A DNA stretch of 56,663 nucleotides, filler included, from Platydemus manokwari (taxonomy: Eukaryota), in NCBI GenBank assembly GCA_037951405.1. It is 3 parts of 3 records of this genome, joined end to end, with 100 filler letters (N's around TTAATTAATTAA, not from the genome) between each part and the next. Parts side by side here need not be neighbours in the genome. Positions count along the whole stretch, not along the records: positions 1 to 30,885 come from JBBMOY011322537.1; 2 more parts are not named here. One strand, given 5' to 3'. The notes under the pieces are model-generated. The model was given only the letters and a program-made list of their open reading frames with translations. It ran no database searches and was not told the origin of the DNA. This document shows, piece after piece, positions 1 through 11,400 of this stretch (its first letter is position 1; each line of letters starts with the position of its first letter). The position numbers and the translations under genes were made by a program.

Positions 1-180
1 TAAATAAAAAATTCAAAATGTTTTTAAAGAATATAATTAAATAAACTATATAGAATTTTGCAATACACTTAACAAATTAAAAAATTTATTTTAGGATCCT
101 TTTTTTTTATAAATTTATTCTAATTTTATAATACATTTTCATAACGTTGGGTGTTGTATAATATCAATAAACTCGATTTC
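1..180 (+). repeat. Interspersed repeat, second copy of the sequence at about 28732-28880 (sub-terminal region of a hAT-like DNA transposon)
   Basis: Collinear similarity: TAAATAAAAAATTCAAAATGTTTTTAAAGAATATAATT...TTTTAGGATCC...ATAAACTCGATTT versus TAAATAAAAAATTCAAAATATTTTTAATGAATATAATT...TTTTAGGACCC...ATAAATTCGATTT. Confidence 0.6.
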
Positions 181-749
181 CAGTTATTAATCCAAAATTT
201 AAAATGTTATAATTGTCATTTCATTTTGTTTTTCATTTTTTATAATCAATTACAATTAGTCTTATTTTTGGAAAAATCAAATATTGTTCAGCAAACATGC
301 AGAAGTAATTTGTTTGTTTCCACTTAAAACACGAATTTAATAAAAAATTTATTCCAATTGAAACCATAGAATAAATTACTCTGTTAACAAACCAATTCAA
401 TGTAAATTTGATTGCTGCAAAAAATATTTAATTTATTATACGTTAAATAATAATTTAAAGTTTATTTAGTTTTCGTTTTGTTTTATTAATTTAATTATGC
501 CAGAATGTCAATTAAATATAGAATAATTTCGTTTGTATCTTCTTTTTCAAAACAATGACAGTTTTCGCTAGGAATTTTGAAGAATATTTGTAAATATTAT
601 TCAAATTAAAATTATCAAATGATAAAGTAACAGCGAATCAAATGATAGATATTAAAAAATTAACTAAACGAAATATACTTAACAGTGGTGAAAATGAAAA
701 TGGTCTAAGTAGTGGAAACAAAATTAGTTGGATTCACAAAAATCAAAGT

Positions 750-3300
750 TTCGTATAAATTCGATAGGAAGTTCTTGTTATTAGAGTGTGTATTGGTAGA
801 ATATTCCTCAGAGTTTCTGGAGGATTTGTTAAAGAGTTAATAATCGATTTGAATTAATCTCGAAGTCGACTGCCCTTGAATCAGTCCTCATTCAATGTGT
901 TCTTATAAGTTGTGTAATTATTTAATTCAATTATAAGATTAATTTTAAAAATTAAAGTTCTAAGAACTAAATTTCATTTCTACCATAAATTGAGCTTGTG
1001 AATTTGTTTGACTTCTTTTTCCAATTGTATTTCTGTTAAATTTTGCACGTCTACCGGCACATTGATCCTTTATAGATTATGAGCCATTAAAAGATCAGAA
1101 ACACATTCATTTGTAATTATCGAAGTGACGATATGTTAATTATCTTGATTTAATGTAATGTGATGACCATAATCATTGGTTCTTAGTTTCAATAATCTGT
1201 AACCACATGGGTTCTTATGTATACATAAGTGTCATAAACTATAGGAAGTGCTTAAAATTTTTGTATTGCGTAATTGAGTTCGTGATAATTCAATCCTCAA
1301 CTTACTGTGGTAATATATTCATTATCTTGATCGTAGTTTGACCTAAAGCTGTTCCAAAAGAGTAGTTACTTGAATCTATCGTTAATATGAACAGTTTAAC
1401 CACACCAAAATGTCTCAGGGGATTGATTTTTCTTTTAGTTTTTCTTATAGCATGTAAAATGTGTGTTCTTGCCCATTTCTAATATAAATGATTGGTTTAC
1501 CAGAAATAATTTATTTAGGAGTCGAATATGGTTGCACTTGTCTAATATTTATGACCAATTTGAACTATTGGGTTGCAAATGCAGATTCAACATAATATTT
1601 TTCCAAAAGTTGTGATAAGATATCATTTATCGATGTTATGTCTATGCCCTTTGTATTTTGATTGTTTCATTTGGTTTGAATATTTGTGAATAAATGGGGA
1701 TTAGTTGCTGTGGCAATCAATGGATCTACATGATATCGGTTAAAATATATGTTATTAATTTCAAGATGTCTATGTTTTCATTTGTCATATGTTGCTGTTA
1801 GTTCTGATGAATAGCTCTTTGAGTTCTAATCTTTGTTAGGCATTAACTAACAATGAAATCTGAGCATTATAATTTAAACTAAAAGGAATCATAGGCTCAA
1901 ATCTTCAGCAAATACAATTAAAATTGTACTTCAACACAATAATAATTTATCATTGAAGACTGGATCAGCATCCGAAATCTGAATACGGAATAAAAAGAAG
2001 ACTGGCTGTCAAAAAATGACACAAAAGTTACAGAACAGAATGAAGGTTACCAAAGCAAAAAAGACTGCCAGTTGTTCGTAAAATCCAATTTCTTTTATAG
2101 GCTTATTGTTTGTGTCCACTTCATATACCAAAGCTTCTTTTTGCATTTGATAAATTCGTTCACACATTGATATAATAGCAATTTCTCTTACATTTCTCAA
2201 TCCATTGGCAAATGTCGGTGTTTGTTGCCGCTTGTTAGTATGCGCCAGTCGAATATTGACTTATAAGTACTGATTGATGTATAGAAGGAATCTGATTGGC
2301 TATTGGCAGGTGCACTTATCGAATCTGTGTATACCAATCCTTTAAGGGTTATTTCCACGGTATCCGAGAACATTTCGATAGTTTTTATGGCTTACCCAAC
2401 ATCTTGAATACATGATTTTATTATTATTGCTAAGTCATTGTGTTTCTAAAATTACATACATAGTGAAAATTTGCTGACATTTGTTTCATAGGTTTTAGTG
2501 CTTAGCATTTAATTTTCCTGGTCCAAATCATGAAACAATTTATAAATTTGCTCATAATATTTTTGATGTAACGTGTGACTAATGGATAGTCCTTCCTTAT
2601 TTGTACTATATCTTTGTTGTCAGAGCGAGAAGATTGTCTTGATAGTTCGTGTCAAATGGCTATCTGTAATATATATTCAAATTGTCATTTGATTGCAGTT
2701 TCTATTCTCTCGTAGTGTTTATGTTTTCTCTTAATGAGATCCAGAACGAATTCGATTTTCGATCTGTCTTTATAATAGAACATAATATTTATTAGTTTTG
2801 AGGAATACCACACGATTTTTTGTAGTGCGTAAGTACCAGCGTTTTGCCACTGTTGATCTTATGACTCTTTGGAAAACCTTATTAAGGATATCAAATACGA
2901 TAAAGTTATCGTAATATATTCGAAATCAGAGATCTTATAAATAAATACCTTCACAGCTCATTTGAAGGATGTTTAATTTTGAGTGAGGTTCTTCTATATC
3001 AACAGATATGTCTTTTCTCAACTATCAAAGTTTTTAAAATTTACCTTAATTTCTGGTGTGCTTAGGTTGGAGTACACTGTACTTTATTCGCAGATCTGTC
3101 ATTTGTGAATTCAACATTACTTGTGGCATACATAGGTTATACATTTACTTTGCCATCTGTTTTCAATATTCTTCCAGTTTCAGGTGATCTGGCTTGATTA
3201 AAACAAAGCAATAATATTTCAAAGATTTTTTCCCTTTGTTCGGTCGTTAAGAATTGTTTTTTGCTAGATTTCTAGTATATGAAGTTAAAGATTATAATCG
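750..3300 (-). pseudogene. Decayed intronless ORF; candidate endogenous viral element (Bunyavirales-like L RNA-dependent RNA polymerase, motif A to C-terminal part)
   Basis: Minus-strand translation across stops and frameshifts gives, in order: FTNDRS (about 3106-3091, weak motif A), CGIPQ..LCSII (2812-2771, motif B-like), SDNK (2624-2613, SDD with one transition), N*MLSTKTYETNVSKF (about 2514-2465, motifs D/E-like), and later HLPMD. The coding strand is A-rich and has no splice sites. Confidence 0.5.
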
Positions 3301-3349
3301 ATAAATAATTTGATTTATTTCATTAAATTTCAAAGTATTAAAATTATTA

Positions 3350-5300
3350 CTTTATTGATTGTATGAACCCTAGTTATGTTGCTATTAGATTAACGTGTAA
3401 AATAGAAAGATGGTAATTTAATATGATAGTGCATTTCCTGTTGCAAAATAATCTCTTCAAAAATTTCCTAAATCATCGATATAGCTAGAGAATTTCAATA
3501 ATGGGAATGGCGGTTAATCTACATGACATGCTCTTAACTTCGTGGAATTTGATGTTGCAGTCGTTCAAAGGCCTCATTAGAAACCTCTTATGAAATGACA
3601 TATCTGTTAGCTAAGCAAAGAAAATGTCACCGAATAGATGAGTTAGTAAAACCAAGTGCACTTGAAATAGCAAATTAGACTGTGTTTTCAAACCTGATTT
3701 GCCATTCAATCTTGCATTCAGGATCTCAATGTGGATATTCCACTGCAATTTGTAGAAAGGAACAAAATACAGTTCATTAAATGCGATTATTCAACTGGTA
3801 CATTCAATTAATATTGATAATCCTACTCAATTGTTGCTATTTGTGTGGAGCATTAAGGAAATGAAACGTTAGAAGTATTTTTATTTCATGAACCACTAGA
3901 GTTGTCGATGAAACAAACTGATGTTTTTATTCATAACAAAATATTTGTATTAAACATCAAATCTTCATTAATGTGATAGGCTCATTGTTTATGTAAGGAA
4001 AATTCTAATATTTAACATATCGAATATCAACAACTCAACATTAAATTATGGCATTAGATGCTGTGACGTACATACAAGTTTGGATAAACAATCTCATGTT
4101 ACATTTCAAGATTTATTAGAATCGATTATTTTATCACATCGAAGTACAGTAAATCTCCATGGGACTAGTAATTATCAATGTTATTGATTTGTCTTGAGAT
4201 TTAATTAAAGCTTTACATTTACACCTAGACTTACCTATCTGTCAGATATATTTAGCTACATAATAAAACCAACACTTCAAGTCTATTTTATCATTGTTGG
4301 GTTCTATTTCTGAACAATTGAATAATTATTGATTCCAAGAACCGAAAGCTATAGATTTTATTTATAACCTGCGTATTAATCAGTACTTACTCGTAAAAAT
4401 CCATAGATACAATTGAACTAACACTAGTACTACTCGAAAACATAAGCAAAACCTGGCTTCTATCTGGCGTTTTGCAATCATTACATCGATATTTATTCTC
4501 GAGATCAGTGTATAATTTTTGTGTCACGCTTCTAGCACACCTTGATTTGATCTTGACTTTTTCTATTGGGCTTATTAGTTTTTTATGAATGAGATTAGTC
4601 TATTTATGCCTGTGTAATTTATTGTGTGACTATTCCCCTTTTTCCAATTGTCGTTTACCGTCTAACTCCATTGTGATTGGTTGGTTGCTATGCTTACATG
4701 GTTGTATATACATGACCATGTTTAGAGAGCTTAACCAAGGGTTCCATGGTGGAAATTCATTTTTCTTTTTTACAGAATTTCATCTCACCCAACATTATCT
4801 AACATGAAATTAAGTGAACCTATTAAAAATTCTAAAATAAGGTCGAAAATTAACATTATCCAATGGTTCTTTTACTTGATTCGATCGTCCATGAAAACAA
4901 GTAAATCGTAATTACAAATGAATAATAAACACAAAATACATCTCGATCAATTGAAATAAGTACTTTTCCATAAGATGTATCAGCAAAGCTGAGAGATAAA
5001 TTCTTCATCAATTTCTACTCGATTTATATTTAATAAACGACAGCAATTTACCAAAGATCTTTTCGAAATTCTCTGGAACAAATGTACACATTTCTAATCT
5101 AATTTCCAGCTGATAAAAGCAGCATTGCAGATTTTCGCTTTAAGATTTGTCAACAATTACCCATCTGAAATGAGATTGTTATCATGTTTACACATGAAAA
5201 ACAACAGCCAGAAATTGCTTTCAGTGCAAATAAAGACTGACTGACTTGACTCATTTATTATATTTAATAAAAGTACAAATTAATAATTGAGATATTGTTC
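3350..5300 (+). mobile_element. Degenerate hAT (Buster/Charlie, ZBED5/ZBED8-like) transposase, with an unrelated insertion at about 4330-4900
   Basis: Fragments Y.PSYVAI..TC...CISCCKII (about 3360-3455), SYEMTYLLAKQRKCHRIDELVKPSALEIA (about 3586-3672), IQL..S...TQLLLFV (about 3788-3846), and a C-terminal dimerisation-domain remnant AALQI..FVT.Y..E...S.LHMK (about 5118-5200); many stops and frameshifts. Confidence 0.75.
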
Positions 5301-7715
5301 TGAAGGTATAAAGGTAATTATATTGGTATTGTGTTGATAAAAAACCATCCTGAAATAGACGAAATCGCTTAAATAGGAATATATAAACAATACAGGGTAA
5401 TTTTCAATAGGTTGTATGAGGATTTATTTATTTCAAATACAAAGATATGTTAAAATGTTAGGAGCTCCTGCTTTAGGTGACAGAGATTACATATAATTTT
5501 TATTCTCTTTCATTACTACAGAACTAACAATTCATTTACGAATGAGCCCTTTTATAATCAAGGGCACAAATTTATTTATTTTATTTTTAAATTTTCGGTA
5601 TTTATACGAATAATCTTAACCCCATTTTTAGATATTCTTTTACAAAACTTACACATACACTCACATATCGATATCATTTAGTGTAACAATTGAGATCAGA
5701 ATCGAATTGAGTTGTAGCCCATACTTGTCCAATATATGGTAAACATATTGTTACACAATCCATATTACATTTCATAACTCTCCTATGTAATCAAGTAATT
5801 CAAAAGCTAAATATTGATTTTATCTCAATTTTAATTCACATATTTTATCAAAATCATCTACCAAAATCCATTATTAAGTTGCCATCATTATCATTAGAGA
5901 AATGAAAATTACAATAATTAACGACACATAATAAACTATGATATAATTAAATTTGAAATTTTAATGAAGGAAATAGTTAATAAACCAAAAAATTGTTTGA
6001 AAATTTTGTTAAAGTTCGAATTACAATGTCGAGAGTTTAATTTTCAATCATTTCAGCGCATTGAAGATATTGATTTTAAAAATCTAAATGGTTATATAAT
6101 CCTCCTCAAGCCTTGAGCGGTTGTTTACAATCTTTGTTGATAACAATCTGAAGTAGGAAACTTTGATTTCAAAGACTAAAAATAAAATGATTTTGGTGTT
6201 CCAAAACAATCATATTGGCGTTTGACAGAATATTAATAGAATGATCAAATGAAATAAGTAGGTAGAGAATTATACGTAATACCAATCTGAATTGAATAAA
6301 TTAGAAAAAAATCGAAAAAAATTACGATTAAATTTATTTAAAAACGTAAATGTAATAATGAGATTTTGGATATTTTTAAATGAGTCTTGGTTTTGAGAAG
6401 CAAGGATTAATATATGTATAATATTTAATTTTAAATTCCAAAAATTGGGAAAAATTATACTTGTATTTTCGAATATTTTCAAGTTCTTGTAAGTGATTTT
6501 TAATTATTTAAAAAAGTAAAAATAAAAAATTAATTTAAATATTTAAATTAAATATACTTTTGTGGGTTCAATATGACAATTCATTTTTAATTCGTATTTA
6601 TTGAAACAAAGCAGTTAACACATCGACCACACATTTGGATTCGATGATGTAAAGATCAATAAAGGAGAAGTAAAATAAATTTAGCGAAGACAAAACTTAC
6701 AATAAAGAGAGAAGCTATAGATATAATAGAAAATTTGTAGAAAAGATATACAGCATATAGATAGACAAAGAGAATTATATAAAATAATATTACGCGCTGT
6801 TGTTAACATAAAAGTAGACTTACTTCTTATTTGAAGATGTTTTTAAGCTTAAAGAAGTCAATAAAGATGTCAATGCCCAGGTCAATTCAACCGATCATCA
6901 AGAAGCTTAAAATCCAATCAAAACTACTTTTCAGCTCGTGGTATGTATTGTCGTATTTACTAAAAATAAATATTTATTATAAAATATATTATTCTGAACT
7001 TGCTGTGTACTGAATTTTTATCTCTTTCTATCTAAAATATAAAAAATACGATAAAAATATAACATTGGAAAATTTCAATCAAATTTTTAAAAATACGAAT
7101 ATAAATTATAACGTTCTTGAATAAACCAACATGTTGTATTTATTTATTTAAGTGATTTTGAGGATTAGTTTAGTTTTTTAAATAAATATTATGTCTGTAA
7201 ATATCAGTGATGTAACTTAGAGTCTAAGCTCATAAAGCACTTGAAAAGGACACTTACCCGTATCACGAAGGGTCTTGTTGGTCTACGATCTTCTTCCCTG
7301 AATTGTACATTAAATCCGTCGTTTATGTGCAATTTAAGTAGCATTAAAATTATAACTGTATAAAAGTATTTAACTTGTTATATTTAATTGTAATACACAT
7401 TTTCGTGTTAAAAATTAGTTTTGATATTCATTTAGCATTTATCTTTTAGGATTCAAAATTTCATCATTAAATATTTCATTATCATTCATCACTTTTGAAA
7501 TTGTTATGGTATATTATAAAGTCAATTGAGATTGATAGTAAAATCAATAACATTGTTGGGACAATATTAAATGCATTGACAACGTTTAAATTATACAAAT
7601 CATTATCTACGCCGTTCCACTTATTTTCATATAAGTTGAGAACTTCAAGGTAACAAAAGAACATTGAATTAAAATATAATTACTACATGAACGTCAGACT
7701 GATAAAGATGTAGGT

Positions 7716-7814
7716 ATGGATCAATCACATTCAATCATAATAAAATCAAATAAACCAAAGTCCCCGAAACGTAAAATGTTTATTCAAAATTTAATTAATT
7801 CGAAATTCATTACA
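7716..7814 (+). CDS. Possible alternative first coding exon of the AMPK gamma gene (MDQSHSIIIKSNKPKSPKRKMFIQNLINSKFIT)
   Basis: ATG-open 99 nt ending at a strong GTAAGT donor (7815) in phase 0, compatible with the acceptor of exon 8618. Confidence 0.4.
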
Positions 7815-8476
7815 GTAAGTTGATCTCTTTTATCATGGTGAAGTGTTTTTTTAAATTGCATTATTTTGTGTTACTAGATAATAATTAATTTGTTGATTAG
7901 GATGAAATTTTGTTTTAATCTATTACAAATGCTGTTATGTTTGGAATATTAATGAATTTCATCAATATCCAACTCTTAGCAGAGCCAAAGCATAGGTAGA
8001 ATTATAATCAAATTAAGATAAAAAATTAAACACATGGAAGTTTATTTTATATTTTCAGTTAAAGTTTTTTGATAGTTTTTTAACAGATAGTTACATAATG
8101 ATATTATCAATATCTGTTACAGAAATAAGATTAATTTTATTATTTCAGAAATTAATAATAAAATATTGAATACATTTTTATGAAAAGGTACAATAAAGTA
8201 GTAGAGATATAGTAAAAACTTACAGAATATTGGAAAATCATTACAAAAAATTATAATAAATAAGTAATGTTTAATTATATGATTTTATATTATTATAATT
8301 ATTTAAAAACAAAATTTTTAGTTTTTTATATTAAATTTAAATCATAATTTTTTGTAAATCAATTTAAAGATTTCTTTAAAGTGTTTTGTTTAGTTTTAAT
8401 TTATAACTTAAATGATAAATTAGGCAAATTATTCGAAATTTTTAATTTTACATGACCTTAATCTGTTAATATTTAA

Positions 8477-11400
8477 ATGTCTGACAGTAAGAGTACGAAA
8501 AAGAAATTAAGGTGTTCTGCATCTTTAAATGAAAAAGACAAATATCTCATAGTCCGTGAAAATTCAGGAGTAGTAGAAACCTGTTTTGATATTATTTTTT
8601 GATTCAAATTTTTGTAGATATCAAGTAGCTTAAAGTCATTGAGTTCGGTGACGATCCAAGAATTTTGTAAGTATATATGTATTTTTAGTTGGTAAAAGTA
8701 CCTTCTATTAATCACTATTATAATTTATTTTTACATTTTTAATTAACAAAAATTTAGATTTCGCTATAAATTGATTTAATTCTAATTCATTAAATTAATT
8801 TTGGATTTTTTGAACATTGTCGAGAAATTTTTATTTTAAATTTGGAGCGTATGAGCTGGTTTATGAGATTAAATTAGTAGAAAATAATAAATTAATTCAC
8901 AAATTATTATAGATGAACTCTACAGTTAAATAAAATCATAAATTGTACTAGAAATATTGCGTTCCGTTAGTTTTTGTTCGATATAAAATTTGTGAAAGAT
9001 ATGGTCATGTATATGTAATTATAACGCTGTTACAACAGGTGGTAACCACGACAAATCAGCCGTGTGTTCGAATACACCATTGAATGAGTTAGTAAATGAC
9101 GGTTCTGGAACCCATGTGATACTGAGCAATAGAAATAACCATGAAATCATTATACCTGTTTACTGTAACTTGAAATGTAAATGATTTGTTAATAATAATA
9201 ATTTATATTATGTTATGATTATTGCGCAATCAAAATTGATTACAAAAGCGACATCGATATTATAAAATTATTCCAAATGCATTTTCCCCCATCGTTTGAC
9301 AAAACCAGCAAAAGATTCATTTTACTTGATTCGTCGAATTGCTTATCCAGATTGATATTTTTCGTATGTTTTCTTTAACCAATTCGCAGCATGGAAATTC
9401 TTTCAACTGATTTCGCTTTTCATAACGGCTTTATGGGAAATATTTCCTTTGAAAACTGTGATCTTTTTTCTATTTGATGTCCCTTTTCGAGATTTTTTTC
9501 TGCCATGTTATTTTCAAAGTATGTTTTTATTATGAAAACGAATCCTAGCTGTGATGAGTATGTGAGTTCATTTCACAGAAGATGCATCATTTTCATTGGT
9601 CATTCGATAAGTTTTGTTTTTATGACTCATCAGGGCGATAGATAAAGACGTCTTGAGAATTGCTCACAATCACCTGATAAATATAATCGCGCATAAATAT
9701 ATGGCAACTGTTATACTCATTCATCTACTCTGTGGCACAAGAGCTGCTCGGCTACTTGTTTCGAGTTATTAAATGACAAGCTAAAGCATATGAATAGTTG
9801 GTGTGAAATAAGAACACGGTCTGTTTTTTTGAAATCAAAATGAATGAAAGTGTCGAATTATATATAAATTTCTACAAACATCCTTTCATATCGGCGTTTG
9901 TCGTTTAGAAATTCATATAAAATGATGAGTTATCTAATAAATGAAATCTTCATTTTGTAAATCAAACCAAGCCAAATCAACATATGCACTGTGTTTATTA
10001 AATTTGAGATAGGAAAGCAAACTATTATGCAATTACCCACGTAATTGTTTCTAATTACGCACACACACACATACACATTTTATATGTTTATCATATATAT
10101 ATATAAGTGTGTGTGTGTGTTCATTAAATATTTACTGTTGCTTATTTTTGATTTGCAGTTTATTGATTTGTTATTTTGTCCTCATTTATTTTTCTGCACT
10201 TTTATCATTTGTTCTAGTTTTAGTGATGTACTTTATCAATTATTATTTATTACATGGAAATGTTATTTTGTGGTCAAAACATTAAATATTCGATAGAATG
10301 AAATTACCGGCATTATTTCAAGTGATATTTAAAATAATTTTACAATGATAAACCAAAAGAAACTGTGTTCAAATATATACAATATAGATGACATTATAGA
10401 TGGATTCGATTGTGATGAGTTGTATTGAATATAATATTGATAATGATCAGTTATTATATTTTGTTCGAGAAATAATTACCTATTGTTTTATTAGACATCT
10501 CCATTTCATGCCTCATTTATATTCTTATTGCTCCTTATATATGAGCCCTTGATTATGAAAATGGTATATAGAAATTAATTTCATTCCAAAATATTTCATT
10601 CCATAATACACAAATATTTTTTAATTCTTTAACATGCAAATCCCTTAATATTGCTCCTCATATATGAGGCCTTGATTATGAAAGTGGTATAAGTCATTTC
10701 AGCCTTTCAAAACCAAATTTCCATTTAAAACTGGTAATAAATTTCACAATCATATTAAATGCTGATTTACCGGTGCTAATTAATTGTCAAAATATTTCAT
10801 TCCATAATACACAAATATTTTTTAATTCTTTAACATGCAAATCCCTTAATATCTCCAAACAAGAAATATATGACTTATACCACTTTCATAATCAAGGGCA
10901 CGTATTATATTTCGTGGTGTTTTATTGTCTAACAACTCTATCGAAGAATTAATCATTAAAATCTTCAAATTATTGATTTCGATGTTATCTATTTTTAATA
11001 TTTATCTATTGAATATGACCTAGGAAACATAATTGCATCTTATTATACTGGGAATATACCTCTCTATCCACTTTATCACAAATCTAGTTTATTCGGTTTC
11101 ATTTAATGATGCCTCACGGTATGATTCCATGGTTACTATAAAGTTATCTGAAATAAGCATTATTATGGAAAATATCAGTAAATATCCATGGTGATGGGAA
11201 CATCATTTCCTTCATCTATCTACCAACGATCCCCATACTCTCTACATGTATACATCTATTATGTTATATTATTGAATTTTATTCAGAATTTCGCCGCTTA
11301 ATATCATGTTTTAAGCATGTTTTATCAACTGTTATGCCTTGAAATATCTATATAATGAATTGATTGATTCATTTTATTATTCTCAGATGACAACAATAAT

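Noticed and set aside
2760-3240. LINE/telomerase-type reverse transcriptase reading of GIPQ and ETGRI
   Set aside because: No Y/FADD at the expected distance; SD(N/D) plus S.KT..F fits a viral L protein better, although RT is not fully excluded
9038-9080. tRNA-like GTTCGAAT B-box
   Set aside because: No cloverleaf can be folded; at most a SINE remnant
9505-9570. Possible extra AMPK first exon (MKTNPSCDEY|GTGAGT)
   Set aside because: Donor phase does not match the phase-1 acceptor at 11387
10060-10120. (CA)n...(TG)n hairpin and the ORF at 10045-10296
   Set aside because: Simple dinucleotide repeats in an intron
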